Counted from the first letter of the stretch, positions 40,720 to 55,440 are shown. The stretch is 64,000 nt of DNA from Eledone cirrhosa (GCA_964016885.1 CAXHJY010000913.1:1-64000); one strand, 5' to 3'. Notes: generated by a model from the sequence alone, not told the origin. Translations and numbers: made by a program.

Positions 40720-41249
40720 AGAGGGGTGGGAAGAACGGTAACGGGCGTGATGATTAAAAGAAAAAATCATAACATTGGGAAGAAGAGAGATATTATTGGA
40801 GATGATCTGAGACAAACGAATGTAATAAGGAATAAATAAAGAAATATTTCAGTATTATAGTATTTGATATGTTTATGCACACAACGAATAATATTCAAAG
40901 TTAGAGAAAAACGAATAATATGATCATAACTCTCGCTATCTTCTATGCACACCTTTACAAACACACAAGTAAGCACTGATAAATATATACACACATATAC
41001 ATATGCCAAGCGATTTCCAGCATATAAGAAACATGGAGGTAAGGAAAATAATAGATTTCACCTTGAAGTAATTTTCCCCAATATTTCCGATTGTAAATAA
41101 ATAAATGGAGGTTATTTCAGGATTTCGACATTTACAAAGAAAATTATAGAAACTTATTTCAAACATTTCATGTATCAAATATACTTGTAATATATGAAAG
41201 ATGTCAGTATATAAGTCCCATTCTTTTCAGTTGCGTTCTGGATACATTA

Positions 41250-41548
41250 TTTTAACTTTACCTTTCATCCTAACAGGGGGCGATAAAATAAAGTACCAGT
41301 AATACACTGGATATTTGCTGGCCTTGTGCCTATTGTAGAAACAATTATTAGATACAAAAGGGCGGTGAATTGGCAGTATCGGTAGAGGGTCGGACATGCT
41401 TTCCAGCGTAGTTAGTCCCTTTACATTCTGAGTTCAAATCCCGCCGAGGTTAACTTTGCCTTTCATCCTTACGGGGTCGATAAAATAAAGTACCAGTAAT
41501 GTACTAGTTTATTGCTGGCCTTGTGCCAAAAGTAGAAACAATTATTAG
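41250..41548 (+). mobile_element. Truncated plus full SINE in tandem
   Basis: Same family as 481-670. Confidence 0.9.
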
Positions 41549-41647
41549 ATATAATTTCCTATTGACAGTAGATTAAGTCTAACTTGAGAATAAAATCTGA
41601 CAGCGACGGAAAACAACACATACAGTCAACACTGTGGTTATCAGAGT

Positions 41648-41692
<45 letters not shown>

Positions 41693-41889
41693 GGTCCTGG
41701 AATCAAATTCAACGCTCTAACCAATAAGCCATGCGCCTTCACTATGTATATTTATATGTGTATCTATGTGTACACAGAAACTCATATATTATTGAGTGTG
41801 ATGTATGTTAAGGGTGTTCAGCTACTTATAGTTTGATTTCTTGCGAAGGCAGTTCCGTTTATTGAATCAACTGAAAAATACGACGTATA

Positions 41890-42152
41890 TTAAGTCCTCG
41901 TCGAGGCACAAATGTGGGTATGCTTGTGTTGTGGAAGACCATATTGGTCACTCCTCGTCACTGATGTTGTCAAAGGGAAAAGCATTGGCCAATAGAGCTT
42001 GTCACCAGTGATGTTACAACTCATTTCTACAGCTGTGTAAAGAGGAGCAACGTGAAATAAAGTATGTTGTGCAAGGATACAACACATCAGCCAGGAATCA
42101 AACTCAAAACCCTACGATTTCAAGCTCTAACCACTAAGCCATGTGGCCTCAC
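41890..42152 (-). mobile_element. Second tRNA-derived SINE family, degraded
   Basis: Minus-strand head GGCCACATGGCTTAGTGGTTAGAGC...TGAGTTTGATTCC. Similar relics at about 13130-13260, 13375-13560 and 28400-28560. Confidence 0.6.
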
Positions 42153-42269
42153 TATGTATATAGATATATGTATGTATGCATGTATGTTGTGTATGAATAT
42201 ATGTATATATATGTACGCATATATGTATATATACTTGTATATGTGTAGATACACGTGTGTGTAGATACA

Positions 42270-42310
<41 letters not shown>

Positions 42311-42313
<3 letters not shown>

Positions 42314-42907
42314 CAGTTGGTGCTACTGGTAACATGTATCCAAGTACAACCTGTCTCATGGTCGGGTCGTAGGCGACTAAACTGGCAACACCACTAAGGT
42401 TTCTTGGTGAGGAGGGTGACTTTGGACATCCTGCAGGACTAAAAACAAAACCTGTCAAAGGAGCTCTTAAGAGTCAATGGCCATCCAAAATCACCGGGAG
42501 AGATGACCCCTTAGCCTTTGTCAAGGCAGAATTCTAGGAGAAGGAAAACTCTGATATAACACCTGCAACCCTGATGGTATCCAATGATGTTGACTTGTTC
42601 TTCTTTTTTGGTAAATATCATCTTGGTTAAGAGAGTGGGACTGGCTTTGTGCAGTGCCTTTGCTCACTATAAAAGCTTCACAGCACAGGCATTGCTTTAT
42701 ATCTGGAGATCTCTCTGCACTTGTCATCACATGGTACCATGTGCCCAGCACTATGTGTCAATAATTGTCACAAGTGTAGTGTTTGTACCAGAGTTTTCAA
42801 GTTGCTGGCCGGACTAAAAAGTCACATTCGTTCAGCACATCGGTAGGGGTTCTCCTACATGGATATAAAGTAGTGGCCGTACTCGAAAACGAGTAGGCAG
42901 CCATCAT
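42311..42907 (+). mobile_element. Bipartite non-autonomous RTE derivative
   Basis: 5'UTR-like motif CTAGGAGAAGGAAAACTCTGA. The 3' part encodes a C2H2-like remnant [22 protein letters not shown] and ends in the hairpin TACTCG-AAAA-CGAGTA. No RT. Confidence 0.7.
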
Positions 42908-42953
42908 ATGTACGCATATATGTATATATACATGTATATGTGTAGATACATGT

Positions 42954-43013
<60 letters not shown>

Positions 43014-43227
43014 GTATAACTGTATAACAACGCTTCATACGTTGACGGCGTGATATGGTTAGGTCAAGTTAACCGAAATCAAGTATCAACGTAACCTAGC
43101 TCAGTTACCTATTGTGAAAAGCAGAGCAGCTGAAACAACTCTATTTACGTTCATTGAATATTTCCAAGATTCGTCCATCTTTCCTCCATGCAGTCGTTGG
43201 ACTTTTCATAAATGAATAGCCGCCATG

Positions 43228-43284
<57 letters not shown>

Positions 43285-43291
43285 CTATCTG

Positions 43292-43328
<37 letters not shown>

Positions 43329-43355
43329 CTATCTCTCTATCTCTCTATCTCTCTA

Positions 43356-43386
<31 letters not shown>

Positions 43387-43477
43387 CTCCACCCTCTTTC
43401 TCATTCTCCCATCTTCTCTTATTCTTACTCTACAATAGCCTCCCTAATACAAGGCAACCGCGAAAATGAAAACCGCA

Positions 43478-44520
43478 TTCCAACACCACACTACCACCAA
43501 CACCACACTACCACCACCAATACACTACCACATACCACCAACACCATACCACCACATACCACCAACACCACACTACCACCACCAATACACTACCACATAC
43601 CACCAACACCATACCACCACATACCACCAACACCACACTACCACCACCAACACACTACCACATACCACCAACACCATACCACCACACTACCACCAACACC
43701 ACACTACCACCACCAACACACTACCACATACCACCAACACCATACCACCACATACCACCAACACCACACTACCACATACCACACTACCACCACCAACGCA
43801 CTACCACCAACACCACATTACCACATACCACCACATACCACCAACACCACACTACCACACTACCACACTACCACCACCAACACACTACCACATACCACCA
43901 ACACCACACTACCACATACCACCAACACCACACTACCACATACCACCACATACCACCAACACCACACAACCACATACCACCAACACCACACTACCACCAC
44001 CAACACCACACAACCACATACCACCAACACCACACTACCACCACCAACACACTACCACATAACACCACCACCACACTACCACATACCACCACACTACCAC
44101 CACCACACTACCACCACCACACTACCATCACCACACTACCACCACCATATCACCACACTAGCGCCACCATACTACCACTACCGCCACACCACCACTACCA
44201 CCACCACCACACCACCACCACCACACTACCATCATCATATCACCACATTAGCGCCACCACCACTACCACCACCACCACACTACCACCACCACACTACCAC
44301 CACCACACTACCACCACCACCACCACCACCACCACACTACTACCACCACCACCACTACCACCACACTACCACCACCACACTACCATCATCATATCACCAC
44401 ACTAGCGCCACCACCACCACTACCACCACCACCACACTACCACCACACTACCACCACTACCACCACCGCCACCACCACTACCACCACCACCACCACCACC
44501 ACACTACCATCACCACCATC
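43478..44520. repeat. CAC-based complex satellite
   Basis: Repeated CACCACACTACCACATACCACCAA-like units grading into (CAC)n. Confidence 0.92.
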
Positions 44521-44594
44521 AATATACCAACATACACTCAACTGTAATTTTACAGCTAAAGTTGAAATCAAATACTTTCAATTATACACAAGTT

Positions 44595-44647
<53 letters not shown>

Positions 44648-45028
44648 ATGTATGTGTGTTTGGTGTATGTATGCATGTGTGTGTGTTTGGTGTATGTATG
44701 CATGTGTGTGTGTTTGGTGTATGTATGCATCTTTTTGTGTGTTGTTTATGTTTGTATATATGTATATCTCAGTGCTTGCATTTTGTCCTGGACATTTATG
44801 TATGTATGTGATGATGTGTTTCAATGTGTATGTGGATAGATATATGTTAGGTGTATGTGTTTGTGTATGTATGAGCGTGTGTGTGAAAATATGTGTGTAT
44901 GGATATGACTATGTATACATGTATATGTATTTAACTTCACATTATCATTTACAAACAATTACTATACACCCTCCGTATATAAGTATGGAAACACTCATCT
45001 GCTTATACATATTACACACACACACACA

Positions 45029-45052
45029 CTAACCCTAACCCTAACCCTAACC
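45029..45052 (-). repeat. Interstitial telomeric repeat (TTAGGG)4
   Basis: (CTAACC)4 read directly. Confidence 0.8.
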
Positions 45053-45074
45053 AAAACTACCAGTTATATATATA

Positions 45075-45336
45075 AACCCCCAGTTGATGGATGCGAAATC
45101 CGAAATATAGGGACAATTAAATCTCTTCCAAGGTAACTCTATCTCGTGTTAGTAATTTACACTCTTTCCTACGTTCCTCTACACACTATACGTCTCATTC
45201 TACATTTCCTCTTACATCTCTCTCATTACCACCTGATTCTGTTACCCGGAGATTTACCCATATGCATTGTCGAGGCTTCCCAAAACGACCAAATGTTTTA
45301 TTATTCCACAATGCTTCAAGCAAACTTCAATACTTA

Positions 45337-45340
<4 letters not shown>
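45075..45340 (+). mobile_element. Non-inverted homologue of the 5088 element
   Basis: Shares CTCTACACACTATAC...GATTCTGTTACCCGGAGATTTACCCAT...TATTCCACAATGCTTCAAGCAAACTTCAATACT and ends in (TA)n. Confidence 0.7.
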
Positions 45341-45399
<59 letters not shown>

Positions 45400-46142
45400 A
45401 CTAGTCTTCGTGGGTCGGAGAAAATTGCCAAATTGGTGATTGGCTCGAATATGACCACAAAAACTGTATTATAATCAGGTGAAAGCAATGTTACCATTTC
45501 ACCATTTGTTCAGGGTGAAAAGGGACTCGTGTGGGCCTTATATATTGGGGCTCTTTCGAAAGATATATTACAGTCTCCATTTATTACCGACAAAACTGGC
45601 GAAAGGCCTGTGGCCTATTCTCGGGGGATGGACGTGGGATGGACGCTCAATTCTTGCGTATCACGTGACCTGAAAAAATATCCAGATCGGGTCGAATGTT
45701 GACAATATATCTATCTACCTCTGTCTATCTATCTATATCCATCTAGCTATCTCTATCAATATATATGTCTGACTATCTGTCTATCCATCTATCTCTATAT
45801 AGACCTATCAAGGAAGCAAGAAGATACATTAACATAAAGTCATATTAGTTTCACGATTAAAAGAAAACGTGAGTTACACAGTCAACATCTCGGGCATTTG
45901 ACCTTCATCAGGAAAACCATACAAGTGGATGAATAACCAAAAGTGTGAAAAGTAATAAATCTCGAATGTAGAGCTGGAAAATGTAACCTTTATATCATAT
46001 CACTACACGTGTTTCCTATTTTCCCAAAAGGACTTTAAAGCTACTTGTTGAATTGGAGCAATAAATCATAAGCAGAATTTTAAAAAGGAATGTTTCGAAG
46101 AAAATAGGTGACAAAACAACGTTAACTTACAACATTTTTTTA

Positions 46143-46335
46143 GCGGTGGATTGGCAGTATCGGTAGAGGGTCGGGCGCCATGCTTTGAAGCATAGAGTTA
46201 CCTCCCTTTATGATGTGAATTCAAATCCCGCCGAGGTTACCTTTGCCTTTCATCCTTACGGGGTCGATAAAATAAAGTACCAGTAATGCACTGGGATAAT
46301 TGCTGGCCTGGTGCCAAAAGTAGAAACAATTATTT
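46143..46335 (+). mobile_element. tRNA-derived SINE
   Basis: Same family as 481-670. Confidence 0.9.
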
Positions 46336-46917
46336 TAGCAGGAACCATATCTGAGTGCATCGGTTCGTTCAATTTTTTATTCTTCCTCTTTTAGTTCTGG
46401 CAGGTGTTCGCCAATTTTGAATCTTTACGTTGAATACATATTACATAACACCCACAGTCCTACTACTACTACTACTACTACTACTACTATTAGTACCACT
46501 TGTTTCTTCTTCTTTGTCTTTTTTTACATTTTCTCCAATAAGGTGTATGTGACAAGCTGTGGTTTATGAAATGATTTTCAATCTGAGGTGGTGGTATGTT
46601 ATTCTTTTTTTCTCTGTTTCCTTCTACTGTTAATGATGATGATGATGGTGGTAGTAGTGATTGGCCTTGAACCGTTAAGGTATTTTTCTTGGTTATGTCA
46701 AAATTTATAAAACAACCTTTGTATTTTATCTGATAAAAGCGAACCAAAGTTTTGGTACCCTTGAAATATATATAATAGAATAAATTTGTCTTTATAAATA
46801 TAGTTTCCATTTATTTAATATCATTGAATATTATATTCCAGAAAACTGTTGAGTGTTCTAAATCAGTTATAAACATTTATATTTGTTGAATTACCAACAC
46901 ATTGAATAGCCCTTTTG

Positions 46918-46961
<44 letters not shown>

Positions 46962-46965
46962 TATA

Positions 46966-47023
<58 letters not shown>

Positions 47024-47187
47024 GGGTTGACAGCTGCGATAAAAGAGTACTCAATACTGGGGCAGAGCTTTGGTATTCATTATTATCAAGGATGAATAGT
47101 CTTGTTACTCGGGACTTTCGCCTGAAATGTCTGGTGACCCTGTGATAAATAGGTGAAACTCCAGATACCCTTAATGAAAATGAATGA

Positions 47188-47245
<58 letters not shown>

Positions 47246-47426
47246 CTGTGTGTATGTGTGTGTGTCTGTGTGTGTGTGCATACACATTTCGAGCTATCGA
47301 AGATCGAAGAGCTCAGAGATTATGAGGTTCATATTTTATCATATAGATTCCAGTACTTATATTGGAAATTATTCTGGTAATTATTTTATCGATCTAGACA
47401 CAGACGAAATCATACGCCCTCCCCCA

Positions 47427-47485
<59 letters not shown>

Positions 47486-47493
47486 TTATCCCG

Positions 47494-47544
47494 GGCTTCC
47501 TGATGATTTCTCCCGAATGAAACAGTTCTAGTCCTGTAGAAGCC
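47494..47544 (+). ncRNA. Type I hammerhead ribozyme, intact core, monomer-type stem III
   Basis: Reads GGCUUC-CUGAUGA-UUUCUCCCGAAU-GAAACAG(UUCUAGUC)CUGUA-GAAGCC, on a 70-bp island between two (TA)n tracts. Confidence 0.85.
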
Positions 47545-47589
<45 letters not shown>

Positions 47590-47752
47590 GTATAATAAAC
47601 AATACAATATAATTACCTCATTACCAGAGGTCTCCCGAATAAGACGAATACAAGAAACGTCCTCATTCGTTCGTCGGACAAGGCAATTTAAAACATAGTG
47701 AAATATTTGAAAAATCTCCTCATGTTATCAATTTTCAACGGAAACTTCAATA

Positions 47753-47816
<64 letters not shown>

Positions 47817-48512
47817 AACATATTTGTGTTGGTATTGCTATATTTGTACATATCTTTGCTTGCTTGATTGTCTCTATCTACTACACTTGTAGCTCTTCAA
47901 TACCTCTTGTATTTGTTCTCTAATTACTTTCTCTTGATCTCTTACTCTTCACCTTTCTCCCACCTCATGTAATAACCCTTTACGTTCTCTTCCCAATTCA
48001 TATATTATGTAACACTTTCATTTCCACAATTTGTCATGACCTCCACAAACAGGTATTGACATAGCACATTCTCTCACTCTCTCCTACCTCTCCTCTCTCT
48101 TTTTTCATCCCTATCAATGGTTTACCCTTACTGGCTCACACACACTCACACACACACACACATACACTCACACACGCACACTCACACACACACACAGATA
48201 GACAGACACACACTCACACATACATACATACACTCATAGAGAGAGAGACACACACACATTTATACACACACACACTCGCACAGATACACACATACACACA
48301 CTCTCACACACATATTTATACGCACATGTACACACACATATATATAGACACACACACACACTTCCCTATCAATGTTTTACCCTTAGTGAATCACACACAC
48401 ACACATACACAAATAGAGTGAGACACACACACATATTTATATACACACACATATGCAGAGATACACATATATATAGAGACACACACAAAAATATGTATAT
48501 AGACACTCACAC

Positions 48513-48590
<78 letters not shown>

Positions 48591-48594
<4 letters not shown>

Positions 48595-48710
48595 ATAATA
48601 ATAAATTTGAAGACTAAAATCCAAAGAGGGCTCGATAAGGATAAATATATATCAAATATATAAGAACCGTAGAGCAAATATTTAACTTTAATCTGTTATT
48701 TTAATAAATA
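48591..48710. mobile_element. Rearranged fragment of the 22.9-kb element
   Basis: Reverse complement of about 22925-23013 fused to forward about 22899-22926, between (TA)n tracts. Confidence 0.7.
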
Positions 48711-48924
48711 TATATATATATATATATATCTTAAGGTTTGTTTGTTCACTACTGGATAGAACTGGTCATTCCCTATGGTCAATCCTGGTGTAATATTGTG
48801 AAGAGTACTCAACGCAGTGCAGTTTACCCATCTTCGTTTGTGTAGTTGGTGGTGCGAATAGGGAGTTAATTATAAAGAAAAATAACAGGAGGCTGGACTG
48901 GTGTGAATCCTTGAATGGTTTATT

Positions 48925-48982
48925 ATACTATAGTCATTTCAATGACCGGGTTCCATATAAATCCGGTGATATCATCAGGTAT
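48925..48982 (-). ncRNA. Type I hammerhead ribozyme, intact core
   Basis: Minus strand reads AUAC-CUGAUGA-UAUCACCGG...CCGGUCAUU-GAAA-UGACUA-UA-GUAU. Stems I and III are short. Confidence 0.7.
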
Positions 48983-49412
48983 TCGAAATATAACAAAGGA
49001 ATATGTAAAAACCATGAGTCCGGAAATAAACCTTTCAAGGATTTACACCAGTCCAGCCTCCTGTTATGTTTATATATATATATGTGTATATATACATACA
49101 CGTATATAGAGAGTGAGAGAATGTGTGCCTATGTAATGATACAAAGTGGGGGAAATCGAGATATCTCATTACAATTGTTTCCGTAAAATACTCTTCTGCT
49201 TTCCATAGTGAAATTATCCAAATATCTTACTCAGCTCCCACCCCTCTCTCTCTCTCGCTCTCTGTTACACTTTCATACACCCTTTCTCTGTCTCCCTCTC
49301 ACACACCCCTCTCTATGTCTCTCTCTCACACACCCCTCTCTCTGTCTCTTTCTCACACACGCCTCACTTCGACTCCATCTCACCTATATATATATCTCTC
49401 TCTCTAAATCTC

Positions 49413-49456
<44 letters not shown>

Positions 49457-49647
49457 AACATATATATATATATTATATACACATACATATATATATATTA
49501 TATACACATACATATATATATATTATATACACATACATATATATATATTATATATACATACATATATATATATACATATATATATACATATATATATATA
49601 TATACATATATATATACATATATATATATACATACATATATATATAT

Positions 49648-50258
49648 ATGGTGGCTGCCAACTCGTTTTCGAGTACGGCCACTACTTTATATCCATGTAG
49701 GAGAACCCCTACCGATGCGCTGAACGAGTGTGACTTTTTAGTCCAGCCAGCGACTTGAAAACTCTGGTACAAACACTACACTTGTGACAATTACTGACAC
49801 ATAGTGCTGGGCCCATGGTACCATGTGACGACAAGTGCAGAGAGATCTCCAGATATAAAGCAATGCCTGTGCCGTGAAGCTTTTATAGTGAGCAAAGGCA
49901 CTGCACAAAGCCAGTCCCACTCTCTTAACCAAGATGATATTTACCAAAAAGAAGAACAAGTCAACATCATTGGATACCATCAGGGTTGCAGGTGTTATAT
50001 CAGAGTTTTCCTTCTCCTAGAATTCTGCCTTGACAAAGGCTAAGGGGTCATCTCTCCCGGTGATTTTGGATGGCCATTGACTCTTAAGAGCTCCTTTGCC
50101 CTTTGACAGGTTTTGTTTTTAGTCCTGCAGGATGTCCAAAGTCACCCTCCTCACCAAGAAACCTTGGTGGGGTTGCCAGTTTAGTCGCCAACGACCCGAC
50201 CATGGGACAGGTTGTACTGGGATACATGTTACCAGTAGCACCAACTGGTGACCTGACA
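49648..50258 (-). mobile_element. Second copy of the bipartite RTE derivative
   Basis: Highly similar reverse complement of 42311-42907. Confidence 0.75.
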
Positions 50259-51397
50259 TACATATATATATACATACATATATATATACATACATATATA
50301 TGTACATACATACATATGTACATACACATATATATACATACATATATATATACATACATATATATATACATACATACATACACATATACATACATACACA
50401 TATACATACATACATACATACAGACATACACATACATACATATATATAATATATATATACATATAATACATACATACATACATATATATATACATATAAT
50501 ACATACATACATACATATATATAATATATATATACATATAATACATACATATATATAATATATATATACATATAATACATACATACATATAATATATATA
50601 TACATATAATACATACATATATATAATATACATATACATATAATACATACATATACATACATATACATATATATATACATACATATACATATATATATAC
50701 ATACACACACACACACACATACATATACATACATACACACATATACATACACATATATATACATACATATTATACACATGTACATACATATACACACATA
50801 CATATATAGACATATATATATGTGTGTACATACATATATATATATATACACACACACACACACTATATATATATATATATATATACACCCATGTAAAAGT
50901 CATCACAATTTTGGCCAATGCATCTAAATTGTTCTATGTAAAAGTTGACCGTCGTTCTTGGTCAACGAAAGTATTATTCTGACATAGAAATGTATTTTCT
51001 TGTACTGTTACGTTCTGAAACATATACATATATATATACATATATATATATACATACATATATATATACATATATACATACACATATATATATATATATA
51101 CATATATACATACACATATATATATATATATACATATATACATACACACATATATATATACATATATACATACACATATATATATATACATATATATATA
51201 CATATACATACATATATATATAGACATACATATATATATATATACATATACATACATACATATATGTATATATATATATATATATGTATATATAGTATAT
51301 ATACATGTGGTTACATCCGACTCAACCCGTATATATAGTATATATATATATATATAGTATATATATATGTGGTTACCTCAGATTCAACCCGGAATAA

Positions 51398-51455
<58 letters not shown>

Positions 51456-51500
51456 GTATACATATAGTGTATATATATATATATTTATATGTACGTGTGT
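50256..51500. repeat. (TA)/(CATA) compound microsatellite field
   Basis: Direct reading of the sequence. Confidence 0.92.
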
Positions 51501-54277
51501 GTCAGTACGATATATAGAGAACCGTAAACAGTACAATCGCCGCCAAAGATTCAGTTGCATGGGTGAATACTACTCTCAATATTATTCCGATGAATATATT
51601 CCGAGAAAAATTTCCATATGCAAATCTTAAAGAAATGTGGCTAAGTTCTGAAGATTATCTTCTCTTGTATCCAATCTTGGATGGTCTGATGTGGTGTAGT
51701 TATTCCATCTCCGTCTCTCCTGCTGTTTCATTTTCTATTTTTTTTGTAGATAACTTATGAATATTGATGATTAATTCGATAAATTCACTGTGTATGGTTG
51801 TGTGTATTATATATATCTATATATTAAATTCAACAATGTCAGTATTCCGTGTGTCATGATTCTCGATTATCATTGGTTCATATGTTTCAAACGACTCCGA
51901 CCACCTCAACGACGCCAAACTTAAATTAATATGCATAATGTCAATGAGGGAGTGAGAGCGGAGAGTAAGAAACAGGGAGGCAAAGTGAACGCTGTGTTGG
52001 ATACACTATGTATATGTGTCAGTGTAGAGACATGTGTGATGTGTTTGGAAATAGGGGAAGGAAAGCAATAACTATTAACATGTGTGCGTGTGTATGTACA
52101 TGCGCGTATGTTTATGTGTGTGTGCGTGCGTGCAGCGTTCCACAGAAAGTAAAAACTATCAACATGTGTGAGTGTGTGCGTGTGTGTAAGTGCACGGGTG
52201 CGTGTGTAATTTTGCGTGCGTCGTTTCTGTTTGCGGTGGTAATACGACCTCATCATATGCTGAGTCTGGCAAAAAGGTTGGATCCTATGGCCTGCCAGGG
52301 CTAGAGTAATATTGAAAAACGATTCTATTCTCGATGTAGAAGGAACCGCCATTTGGAGTTCAAACCAGCTCCCCCCCCCCCCCAGTTGAACTCTGGACAA
52401 CATTGACTGTCTATTACTCAGTGGCTAAGAGCCTGGAAATTACTGAATAAATTTGTGTGTCGTATAATTTGTTGTTTTATTATTATAGCTGACCACTTAT
52501 AGATAAGCATGTTATCCATATCCATATTAATTTGGCATTTGTATAAACCATTTCAAGTAAATAGGGACCTTTTTTACATTGACGGACATCTTTTATATTA
52601 ATTATCTATATCTACATCTACATAAAATATAAAAGATTGGAACTTCCATTATTCTTTTGAGAAACGTGGAACAACCACGTCTCTGCAATGATACACGTTT
52701 TACAGTCAGGCAGATGATGAACCATCTCCTAGAGGTCGCTATTCTAGGTGGGAGCACCTAGAATTATTCATATACTATGCACAAACGGTACAACGAAGAA
52801 TCTAGTATATCTGGAAGATTTTTTTTACTGTTTTTTTTTGTATCACACAGACACCACGGACTCGCCTCATACTGTAATCAGACAAACATCCAATACAGTC
52901 ATTTTCTCTTTTACCTGTCTTCTCTTAATATCTGTTTACCCGGGCGAAGATCTTTAGTCTATCATTTTCTTTTCTTATATATATATATGTGTGTGTGTGT
53001 GTCTGTGTGTGTGTGTGTGTGTGTGTGTATAATTAAAAGACGAAGATTATCGAATAGAATGGACACAGCTTTAGTCGTTTCCTCACTAATTCAATAATCT
53101 AATTAAGTCTGTATTATTAAAATTCGAGCCCAACCGATCAGTGTCCACACGTTAATCAGCGAGGAAGACCACTTCGTGTGGGTAGGAAATACCTTTTCCC
53201 TAGTATCTCAATCTTTAAACTTAATAGATCAGCATTTTACTATATTGTTCTCCCATGTTTTCCTTTTCGTATGTGTGTGTGTGTTTACATTTGTGTCTAC
53301 AGAAAAAGATTGATAAAATAAGTACCCGATTTGAGAAAATTACTAAAGGCGATATGATCGACTAATTCCGTTTGAGCCGTTGCCACAGCATGGTCGCAGT
53401 CTAATGATGGAAACCAGTAGAAGAATAAAAGAATGCCGCTGCTTCATTTTGTGTATCGCCAGAATCAATCACACGTATCATGTTAGGAACATTTGATAAA
53501 CGTTAAATTTGATAAGCTCGCTTTAGAAGTCAATTGAATTACCAGTGCTCTAATGGATAAATCTGTTGCAAATGTTCGAGTAATCTATCAAATATTTATT
53601 ATTGTTGAGTGATATCGATGAAATAATATTGAAATAAGATCAAACAAGACATTAGTCTCGCTTGAATATCGACAAGCTAAATATCATTTGTAATTAATTT
53701 AAATGTCAATTTAGTTATAACGTGAACGTGATGTAAACCATATTTGTTCGTGTCTTTAAAAATAAAAACATGTAATTGAGAATTTATTAAGGCATAAATA
53801 TTAATTTTATACAGTTTCACGGTTACTTGACGTCACTTCAACATAGTGAGAAAATATACTAATGATATTACATCGTTTCCATATAGTGAGAAAATATTCT
53901 GTTGATATAAGCTTTCAACGATATGCCTACACAACAATAAGCCAACCGAGTCAGATGTTTGCTTCTCGATTATCAAGCCCCAACTTCGATCCCACTGAAT
54001 GGATTCTTGGTCAGGTGCCATTTATCATATCCTCGTGTTGACCCATCAGTTTTGAGTGAAACTGGGAAGACGGAAACTGTTTGGAAGCCCGTCATATGAA
54101 CTGTAGCTGTATCTCAAAGGCCCAGCCGTTTCACATACTGTAACACGCTGAATCTCCCTAAGAATTATGTTAATTATGTACGTGTTTATAGAACGTTTTG
54201 TCAGTTACGATATCATAAGTACGGTAGTCTCACTATGAATGTTTTAAGCTCTGATCAATCCATATTTTCCAACGTAG

Positions 54278-54326
<49 letters not shown>

Positions 54327-54331
<5 letters not shown>

Positions 54332-54530
54332 GGAACGGGTAGGACCCCGACGGCTGAGCTCAAGCCGTTTCGACGGCTAATTCTGGACTAGCCGTCGAAT
54401 TAGCCGTCGAAACGGCTTGAGCTCAGCCGTCAGGGTCCTACTCGTTCCTATTACCCAATCTACTACCCTAAGTATTGAGTACTTTGGTGCGTTATGGTCC
54501 ACCTGGTTCCTTACGACATTTCCTTCGTTA
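54327..54530 (+). mobile_element. (TA)n-embedded short element with 5' fold-back and the 3' half of an HHR
   Basis: Arms 54327-54383 and 54397-54453. Contains the stem II strand UAGCCGUC followed by GAAACGGCU(UGAGCUC)AGCCGUC. Homologues at 4670-4786, 57501-57746 and 60990-61118. Confidence 0.75.
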
Positions 54531-54689
54531 TATATATATATATATATATATATGCGCATAATAAAATACATGGAACTCTTTTAACCATCTTTTGATTTTA
54601 TATTATTTACACTCCAGTCCTATAAAACATTGAGTGCTACTTATTCGATATTTGCATTGCTTTATTGGGCTACAATAAAACTTACCTCC

Positions 54690-54721
<32 letters not shown>

Positions 54722-55079
54722 CTGTTGTACAATGGTCTAACTACTTAGAAACTCGTTCAATGCTGATATATACACACACATGCATACATACACACATATA
54801 TATATATATATATATACATAGAGAGAGAGAGAGACGAGTGAGAGGGGCAATGTTTCAACTAGAGAAGATTTAAATTCTAACATCTGTTTAAAGAATGTTA
54901 AAATGGATTTGGCTTCTTTATTATTAATAGAAACATACCAGTTTGAGGATCTTTCGTAGTAATTTGGACAGATATAGTTTGAGGTTAACTAAATATAGAT
55001 ACAAATATACACGTATAGACACAGATATATGTCTAACTATATATTTATAATCATATACATTCATTTTAAATATAAGCTT

Positions 55080-55348
55080 ATGTCAGGGCATTCTTCTTGG
55101 AGAAGGCAACTTAGAAAACTGGGTTAACTCCGATATAAAACATGCGGCTCAGTAGTTACCAATGATGTTGATCTTTTCTTCTTTTCGGGTTATAGCTACT
55201 GTCGCTCAGAGAGTGGGATTGGCTCAGTGCACAGTCTTTCTTCACTTTAAAAATATCTTCACGCACAGGCATTGCACGATAGAATTAATAATTGTTAATA
55301 ATGGTATAACGTGCAATGGCCATATTCGATAACGAGGGGGCAGCCATC

Positions 55349-55350
<2 letters not shown>
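55080..55350 (+). mobile_element. Diverged shorter relative of the bipartite RTE derivative
   Basis: Shares GGAGAAGG, CCAATGATGTTGA, AGAGAGTGGGA, GCACAGGCATTGC and the 3' end GGCAGCCATCAT. Confidence 0.6.
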
Positions 55351-55389
<39 letters not shown>

Positions 55390-55440
55390 TTCCTACAGAT
55401 AAATTATTATACACTAACATAATATTCACACATACATTTA

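Noticed and set aside
43225-44547. 440-aa Thr/His/Pro ORF
   Set aside because: It derives from the CAC satellite and starts in a (CT)/(TA) microsatellite.
45865-45916. CTGATGA motif on the minus strand
   Set aside because: GAGA replaces GAAA and there is no stem I complement; at most a relic.
47280-47320. Hairpin followed by GAAA on the minus strand
   Set aside because: There is no CUGANGA.
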